From NCBI GenBank assembly GCA_030141605.1, contig JAQGDQ010001172.1, positions 1 through 57,549 on the forward strand: a stretch of 57,549 nucleotides of DNA, read 5' to 3'. This DNA is from Tubiluchus corallicola (Eukaryota; Animalia; Priapulida). The position numbers and the translations under genes were made by a program. Positions 49,685 to 57,549 of this stretch are shown here, in pieces. Position 1 is the first letter of the stretch. Each line of letters starts with the position of its first letter. The notes beneath the pieces were generated by a model, which saw nothing but the letters and a program-made list of their open reading frames with translations, ran no database searches and was not told the origin of the DNA.

Positions 49685-49800
49685 TTAAACTGAAAAAATA
49701 GCCAAGTGGTCATAGTATGTGTAGGAAATGAAATTAAGCGATGCTCAGCCTGGTCAGTAAATAGATGAATGCCTGCGAGGAAAGTTTGTGCTAGGTAGCT
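49685..49800 (+). mobile_element. 5S rRNA-derived SINE-like head or pseudogene, followed by (CA)n (49824-49947)
   Basis: AATTAAGCGATGCTCAGCCTGGTCAGTAAATAGATGAATGCCTGCGAGGAA vs 5S AGCTAAGCAGGGTCGGGCCTGGTTAGTACTTGGATGGGAGACCGCCTGGGAA. Confidence 0.5.
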
Positions 49801-49890
49801 TCACCTGGTGCTCTACCTGAAGGACACACACACACATGCACGGATCGCACGCACACACATACACACACACACACACACACATGCACGGAT

Positions 49891-49935
<45 letters not shown>

Positions 49936-50145
49936 GCACACACACACAAATGTGATCGGGACATGTCTGCTAGTTGAGTATCTCAACTTAGAAATTTACC
50001 TTTGAAAGTCAGTTAGATTTTGGTACTGCCACACGTATACACGTTAACTAAAACCCATGGCTGCTGGAGTACTAAGTCTTAAGGAATGCATCAGGTAGCG
50101 CATATTCCTCGTTAATTAGTTAGATAATTACTCTTGCACGTTATT

Positions 50146-50757
50146 GCCATAACAGAAGCAATAACAGTCGTCAACGGTAACCTATATTAACGCAACTAAT
50201 TTAGCAGAGAAACGTAATATGTAAACTGCAGTAGCAACATTGTCGTTGACACCACCATCATCATCATCAACAACATCGTCGTCGTCGTCATCATCATCAT
50301 CATCACCATGGTCATCAGCATCATCACCATGGTCATCATCATCATCTTTATCATCACATAATCACCATGGCGATCATCATCATCATCATTGTCATCATCA
50401 TCTTTATCACCACAGTCATCATCATCATCATCACCATGGTCATCATCATCACTATCAGCATCATCAACAACATCGTCGTCGTCATCGTCATCACCATGGT
50501 CATCGTCATCATCAGCATCAGCATCATCACCATGGTCATCATCATCATCATCTTTATCATCACATAATCACCATGGCGATCATCATCATCATTGTCATCA
50601 TCATCTTTATCACCACAGTCATCATCATCATCATCCTGATCATCATCATCAACAACATCGTCGTCGTCGTCATCATCATCAGCCATAACAGAAGCAATAA
50701 CAGTCGTCAACGGTAACCTATATTAACGCAACTAATTTAGCAGAGAAACGTAATATG
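50146..50757. repeat. 460-bp (ATC)-based complex repeat (50222-50681) between perfect 76-bp direct repeats (50146-50221, 50682-50757)
   Basis: GCCATAACAGAAGC...AACGTAATATG is identical on both sides; the insert is an inverted derivative of 53346-53826. Confidence 0.95.
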
Positions 50758-51515
50758 CTTATTATACGACTTGAGTCTAGCGTCTTGTCATCTAACAGTC
50801 ATAAGCCAAGATAACGATATAGCTTTCGCAAACAATAATCAAATATGAGTTGATCTACGATGTTTACCCAAGTTATTTGCCGTGACCGTAGAGCAAATAT
50901 AGTAGATTCTGCAAGGCTGTGGCAGAATGAATAGCTAATTGCTTTCATGTGCTCAGCACCAGCGCTAATAAATTAGAGACATCAGTCATGCTAGTAGGCA
51001 GTGGAGCCTAGCCACGCACGTCCTGGGGGAGTCGTTCTAATTGAACCGATCCAAGGTATTATGAATGCACTTAAGTAGTAACTATCACAACTATATACCT
51101 AAGAGACCGCCAGGAGTTTTATTGCAATCACTTGATGCTATTATGAATGCGTAAAGCAGGCGATGATTGTAATGAAGTTAAGTTTTATTGAGGGTCTGGC
51201 TTCTCATTGTTGATTTGTGTGAAAGGACCTTTAGATCATTTCATTTAGAAGATTGGCGCCGGTTGGAATATGTAGGCAGTGTCAGATTCTGTTCAGCAAT
51301 TTCCGCGGCGCTCCAGTTTAGGTGTTTAAATTAAGGACTAATTTTGTCTCATACAGCGCAGAATTTATGTTTCTTTTACTTTTACTTGGCTTTCCATACG
51401 TTTAATACGTGGCAATAAAAATACTATAACAGCTTTGTACAGAAAATAGACGTGTGCATCTTATTAGTTTTTCAATATTAATGCCTCTCACTTACCCTTA
51501 TGAAGAGTTTTAATA

Positions 51516-52600
51516 AGGCAGTCGGTCCTTCACACAATCAGAAATTCACACAACCCAGCTTCTACGTTGCATACAAGGCAGTCTGTCCTTCACGCACTTA
51601 GAAATTCACACAACCCAGCTTCTAAGCTGCATGCAAGGCAGTCTGTTCTACACACAATTAGAAATTCACACAACCCAGCTTCTACGCTGCATGCAAGGCA
51701 GTCTGTCCTTCACGCAATTAGAAATTCACACAACCCAGCTTCTATGTTGCATGCAAGGCAGTCTGTCCTTCACACAATTAGAAATTCACACAACCCAGCT
51801 TCTACGTTGCATGCAAGGCAGTCTGTCCTTCACGCAATTAGAAATTCACACAACCCAGCTTCTACGTTGCATGCAAGGCAGTCTGTCCTTCACGTACTTA
51901 GAAATTCACACAACCCAGCTTCTAAGGTGCATGCAAGGCAGTCTATCCTTCACGCAGTTAGAAATTCACACAACCCAGCTTCTAAGGTGCATGCAAGGCA
52001 GTCTGTCCTTCACACACTTAGAAATTCACACAACCCAGCTTCTACGTTGCATGCAAGGCAGTCTGTCATTTACACACTTAGAAATTCACACAACCCAGCT
52101 TCTAAGGTGCATGCAAGGCAGTCTGTCCTTCACGCAATTAGAAATTCACACAACCCAGCTTCTACGTTGCATGCAAGGCAGTCTGTCCTTCACACAATTA
52201 GAAATTCACACAACCCAGCTTCTACGTTGCATGCAAGGCAGTCTGTCCTTCACACACTTAGAAATGCACACAACCCAGCTTCTAAGCTGCATGCAGGGCA
52301 GTCTGTCCTTCACACAATTAGAAATTCACACAACCCAGCTTCTACGCTGCATGCAGGGCAGTCTGTCCTTCACACAGTTAGAAATTCCCACAACCCAGCT
52401 TCTACGCTGCATGCAAGGCAGTCTGTCCTTCACACAATTAGAAATTCACACAACCCAACTTCTACGCTGCATGCAAGGCAGTCTGTCCTTCACACAATTA
52501 GAAATTCACACAACCCAGCTTCTAAGCTGCATGCAGGGTAGTCAGTTGTTTAAACAGCTAGAAGTGCAGACAGCCAAGCCTCTAAGCTGCATTCAAGGCA
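51516..52600. repeat. 60-bp minisatellite, ~18 copies
   Basis: Unit GAAATTCACACAACCCAGCTTCTACGTTGCATGCAAGGCAGTCTGTCCTTCACACAATTA. Confidence 0.98.
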
Positions 52601-53109
52601 TCAAATATTAAATTCTTATAGTCGACGATATTGAGCATCCTTAATTTGTGCTGACATTGCTTGATAATTGCTTACGAGTGGCTTCATTTATCTGTTAGAT
52701 ATGCCAGTGTTGCCTAGCTCCATCCGTCAACTCTAGGCCTGGCTTCATTCATCTCATTTACCTTGGATTCCCTGGCGCACCTTAACTTATGGCTTCATTC
52801 GTCAATCTCTCAGCATGGCTTCTCCCTCGGCGTCCTCTCATTTTTTCACTTCGTCTGTCACCTCGCTAGCGAGTAAGTTAAGCGCTTGTTGAAGAGAAGG
52901 TTGCAAATCTTAACTGTATGATAATGCACCATTCATACTGCATGTATTTTAATTGTTTGTTAATACTTGGTCTGCACTGAGAATATATAATGGTAATTTT
53001 AGGTTGCTAGGATACCTACACTTATTGAATTTTGTGAAAACTGAGTGAAAAAGAAGAAGTGTGACTCTAGATTTGAGTAAAGCACTTCTTTTATAAGCCC
53101 CGTTTTTTG

Positions 53110-53223
53110 ACACTGGACTGACAAGTGTGTTGATGCAGCCTAGCAGTCAAGACACTGGCTGACAAGTGCTGCTGATGCAGCCTAGCAGTCAAGACACTGG
53201 ACCGACAAGTGTTGCTGATGCAG
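53110..53223. repeat. ~42-bp tandem repeat, ~2.7 copies
   Basis: GACACTGG(A)CTGACAAGTG...GATGCAGCCTAGCAGTCAA. Confidence 0.9.
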
Positions 53224-53345
53224 AAATAGTTGATTCAGACCCACTTTATCATGAATAAAGCTGAATAAATTGCACAATTATCAGAATGTTGCAAGAGCTG
53301 GAGTGCAAGGGACTCCTCACATTTTTATGTTCACCTTGCAGTACT

Positions 53346-53826
53346 AATGATGTTGATGATGGCGATGACAGTGATCATGATGATGATGATGATGATGATG
53401 ATAACCATGATGATGATGATGATGAAGATGACTGTAGTGATAAAGATGATGATGATGACTGTGGTGATAAAGATGATGATGATGTTGATGATGATGATGA
53501 TGACCATGGTGATGATAAAGATGATGATGATGACCATGGTGATGATGCTGATGATGATGATGATGATGACGACGACGATGACCATGGTGATGGTGATGAT
53601 GACGACGACGACGAAGTTGTTGATGATGATGATGACTGTGGTGATAAAGATGATGATGACAATGATGATGATGATCGCCATGGTGATGATGTGATGATAA
53701 AGATGGTGATGATGCTGATGATGATGACGATGACGATGACCATGGTGATGATGATGATGACGACGACGACGATGTTGTTGATGATGATGATGGTGGTGTC
53801 AACGACAATGTTGCTACTGCAGTTTA
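53346..53826. repeat. (GAT)-based complex microsatellite with unique flank
   Basis: Recurrent variants GACCATGGT, GATAAAGAT, GACTGTGGT. Confidence 0.95.
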
Positions 53827-54753
53827 TACAATTGCTGATGATTGTACTATCACAATTGTAATTAGCTACCGTATTTTTATCTTTCATCATTTGATTACTT
53901 ACGTTAAACGTTTCACTTATTCTTGCCATCACTCAATTTTAATAAAATAATGATCACAGATGCACTTTATAAGTAAATTAATTACAGCCTAGTGGGAATT
54001 TGTTTGTAGTCATTATTGATAATGAACATTTGAGGAGGTTTCTAATGTAGCCGCCTGCAGATAAACATAGAAGCTTCGTCAAAGTTTTTCTGTAAAGGTA
54101 TAAGCTTCTTAAAAGTGAAAAAGATGAATGTAAGGAAATAGGTGACCACTGGAAAAACTTCTGGGTAGCTTCGTCTGTTGTAAGTGACGGTGAGTGTACT
54201 TCCAGACGTGGTTATAACGCTTCTGGTGACGTCTGGTGATCCAGTGCCTCATCTTGGAGAACTATCGCTGATAATAAGCTGGATTCCAGTCTCCTTACAA
54301 CCCTGTCTCGAGCTGTACAAAAACGTGTGTTCTGTGGATTTGCAATGGCAGGTGTGGATACTTTGCTACGACCTAATCAGAGACTAACCTCAATGTTTCA
54401 GTAAAGTCCGTTAGAGGCGCTTCATTTTTGAATGAAAAAAACCGGAAGTTATTCAATCCAATGAAAGACGTCTTATTTAAAGGGTTAAACTGATTAAGCC
54501 CTGTGAGTGGACTGAATGCAGTCCATAAAGGAGTATATATTCATTTATTAGGAACTTTTTAATGAGAGATATTCAATCTTAGGGTCTTGCTTTTAGAAAT
54601 TTTACTTTTGTGCATCATTTTATGTCTTATATGATCAGCGTAAGTGCGCATGCGCCTGCTGATGCAAATTTAATATATGTATAAATGTCAATAATAATAA
54701 GAAGAACAACGGCAACAGCAGCAACAGCAACAACAACAATAAAGGGATTAATC

Positions 54754-55804
54754 GGATCGTGGCAAGTATCGATGGGAAGTAAGACGAGCTGTGATTGGTT
54801 AAATTTAAATGTTAACCATAGTCGTGGCAAGTATCGATGGGAAGTAAGACGAGCTGTGATTGGTTAAATTTAAATGTTAACCATAGATCGTGGCAAGTAT
54901 CGATGGGAAGTAAGACAAGCTGTGATTGGTTAAATTTAAATGTTAACCATAGTCGTGGCAAGTATCGATAGGAAGTAAGACAAGCTCTGATTGGTTAAAT
55001 TTAAATGTTAACCATAGTCGTGGCAAGTATCGATAGGAAGTAAGACAAGCCGTGATTGGTTAAATTTAAATGTTAACCATAGATCGTGGCAAATATCGAT
55101 GGGAAGTAAGACGAGCTGTGATTGGTTAAATTTAAATGTTAACCATAGATCGTGGCAAGTATCGATGGGAAGTAAGACAAGCCGTGATTGGTTAAATTTA
55201 AATGTTAACCATAGATCGTGGCAAATATCGATGGGAAGTAAGACGAGCTGTGATTGGTTAAATTTAAATGTTAACCATAGATCGTGGCAAGTATCAATGG
55301 GAAGTAAGACAAGCCGTGATTGGTTAAATTTAAATGTTAACCATAGATCGTGGCAAGTATCGATGGGAAGCAAGACAAGCTCTGATTGGTTAAATTTAAA
55401 TGCTAACCATAGATCGTGGCAAGTATCGATGGGAAGTAAGACAAGCCGTGATTGGTTAAATTTAAATGTTAACCATAGTCGTGGCAAGTATCGATAGCAA
55501 GTAAGACAAGCCGTGATTGGTTAAATTTAAATGTTAACCATAGATCGTGGCAAGTATCATGGGAAGTAAGACAAGCTGTGATTGGTTAAATTTAAATGTT
55601 AACCATAGATCGTGGCAAGTATCGATGGGAAGCAAGACAAGCTCTGATTGGTTAAATTTAAATGCTAACCATAGGTCGTGGCAAGTATCGATGGGAAGTA
55701 AGACAAGCCGTGATTGGTTAAATTTAAATGTTAACCATAGGTCGTGGCAAGTATCGATGGGAAGTAAGACAAGCTGTGATTGGTTAAATTTAAATGTTAA
55801 CCAT
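54754..55804. repeat. 65-66-bp minisatellite, ~16 copies
   Basis: Unit AGATCGTGGCAAGTATCGATGGGAAGTAAGACAAGCTGTGATTGGTTAAATTTAAATGTTAACCAT. Confidence 0.98.
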
Positions 55805-55895
55805 TGATTGATTGGCCTCATCTCTGAATCGGAAAAGTCATTTTTTTCACACCACTTGGTAACAGATCTAATATGAACAGCATAAATTGACTTAC

Positions 55896-55944
55896 CACTA
55901 AAATGAGTTGGTTTGCATCGAAGATTTCATTGAAGTGGAGTCAC
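55896..55944 (-). other. Candidate 49-nt non-coding exon
   Basis: Strong acceptor TTTTCTCTGTTTTTACAG and donor GTG|GTAAGT; stops in all three frames. Confidence 0.45.
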
Positions 55945-56087
55945 CTGTAAAAACAGAGAAAACTTTTGTTCACTAAATTTCTCAGTTTAATTTTGTGTTC
56001 ACAATACAATGTTGTCAACATGAGAGTGGCACTTTTTTCTCTGCTTCGATGTGTTAACCTTGTATATCAGTTAACCTTGTGTTGTAT

Positions 56088-56854
56088 GTGAGATAAGAGA
56101 TAGGAGATAACCTCGTGTGTGAGATAAGAGATACGAGATAACCTCGTGTGTGAGATATGAGATACGAGATAACCTCGTGTGCGAGATAAGAGATACGAGA
56201 TAACCTCGTGTGTGAGATAAGAGATACGAGATAACCTCGTGTGCGAGATAAGAGATACGAGATAACCTCGTGTGTGAGATAAGAGATACGAGATACGAGA
56301 TAACCTCGTGTGTGAGATACGAGATAACCTCGTGTGCGAGATAAGAGATACGAGATAACCTCGTGTGTGAGATAAGAGATACGAGATAACCTCGTGTGCG
56401 AGATAAGAGATACGAGATAACCTCGTGTGTGAGATAAGAGATACGAGATAACCTCGTGTGCGAGATAAGAGATACGAGATAACCTCGTGTGTGAGAAGAG
56501 ATACGAGATAACCTCGTGTGTGAGATAAGAGATACGAGATAACCTCGTGTGTGAGATAAGAGATACGAGATAACCTCGTGTGTGAGATATGAGATACGAG
56601 ATAACCTCGTGTGCGAGATAAGAGATACGAGATAACCTCGTGTGTGAGATAAGAGATACGAGATAACCTCGTGTGCGAGATAAGAGATACGAGATAACCT
56701 CGTGTGTGAGATAAGAGATACGAGATAACCTCGTGTGTGAGATAAGAGATACGAGATAACCTCGTGTGTGAGATAAGAGATACGAGATAACCTCGTGTGT
56801 GAGATAAGAGATACGAGATAACCTCGTGTGTGAGATAAGAGATACAAGATAACC
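56088..56854. repeat. 31-bp minisatellite, ~25 copies
   Basis: Unit GAGATAAGAGATACGAGATAACCTCGTGTGT with a few 7-bp indel variants. Confidence 0.98.
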
Positions 56855-57004
56855 ACGTACAATCGTTCCTATTATATTGTATTTTTATGTGAATTTTTGA
56901 ATTTCTGTTTTTTATTCCATTGCCAAAAGATTAGTGTTTAGTTTTTTCAAATTTAATTTTCAGTTTAAAATCTATGAGAGTCAATTATTCTGATAATAAT
57001 AGCA

Positions 57005-57549
57005 CCTGTATCTAAATTCATTCATTTATCTGTATCTTAATTCAATCATTTATCTGTATCTTAATTCATTCATTTATCTGTATCTTAATTCAATCATTTA
57101 CCTGTATCTAAATTCAATCACTTACCTGTATCTTAATTTAATCATTTACCTGTATCTAAATTCAATCATTTACCTGTATCTAAATTCATTCATTTATCTG
57201 TATCTTAATTCAATCATTTACCTGTATCTAAATTCAATCATTTACCTGTATCTAAATTCAATCATTTACCTGTATCTAAATTCAATTGTTTACCTGTATC
57301 TAAATTAATTCATTTATCTGTATCTTAATTCAATCATTTATCTGTATCTAAATTCATTCATTTATCTGTATCTAAATTCATTCATTTATCTGTATCTTAA
57401 TTCAATCATTTACCTGTACCTAAATTCAATGATTTATCTGTATCTAAATTCAATCGTTTATCTGTATCTTAATTCAATCATTTACCTGTATCTAAATTCA
57501 ATCATTTACCTGTATCTAAATTCAATCGTTTATCTGTATCTTAATTCAA
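57005..57549. repeat. 24-bp minisatellite, >22 copies, runs off the window end
   Basis: Unit TA(C/T)CTGTATCT(A/T)AATTCA(A/T)TCATT. Confidence 0.98.

Noticed and set aside
51567-52611. 324/326-aa plus-strand ORFs
   Set aside because: A by-product of a 60-bp unit lacking stops in two frames; no non-repetitive coding context
45355-56862. ORFs in microsatellites and minisatellites (poly-M/D/H/S/I, 55008-55821, 56071-56862; likewise 14423-14804 and 26055-26538)
   Set aside because: Simple-repeat artifacts open in several frames
23186-57549. 35-, 46-, 31- and 24-bp arrays as CRISPR arrays
   Set aside because: Units are head-to-tail with no unique spacers, no cas genes are present, and the context is eukaryotic

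Overview
AT-rich, intron- and repeat-dominated eukaryotic DNA, most consistent with a non-vertebrate animal genome; there is no sign of bacterial operons or CRISPR. One convincing coding region is present: a 5.2-kb minus-strand ORF (39469-44646). It encodes a largely disordered, probably nuclear protein with a polyQ/H tract, three PXDLS (CtBP-type) motifs, basic NLS-like clusters and an 8x14-aa repeat. The remainder is a mosaic of repeats: about 10 copies of a ~600-bp TTAA-flanked Kolobok-type MITE, hAT- and Harbinger-like MITEs, fragments of RTE, Rex/Babar and other LINEs, two Penelope-like families (one ending in a near-intact minimal hammerhead ribozyme with the U3-A8 core variant), tRNA- and 5S-derived SINE-like sequences, many microsatellites, and a train of minisatellites toward the right end. 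The most unusual pattern is recurrent near-identical local inverted copies (1-780/1189-1968, 33724-33814/38282-38371, 44352-44611/45378-45850, 50222-50681/53346-53826). Three of the four involve trinucleotide tracts, and two are flanked by direct repeats (6 bp and 76 bp), which suggests repeated local template-switch insertion. All family assignments are from motif recognition by eye, not database searches.
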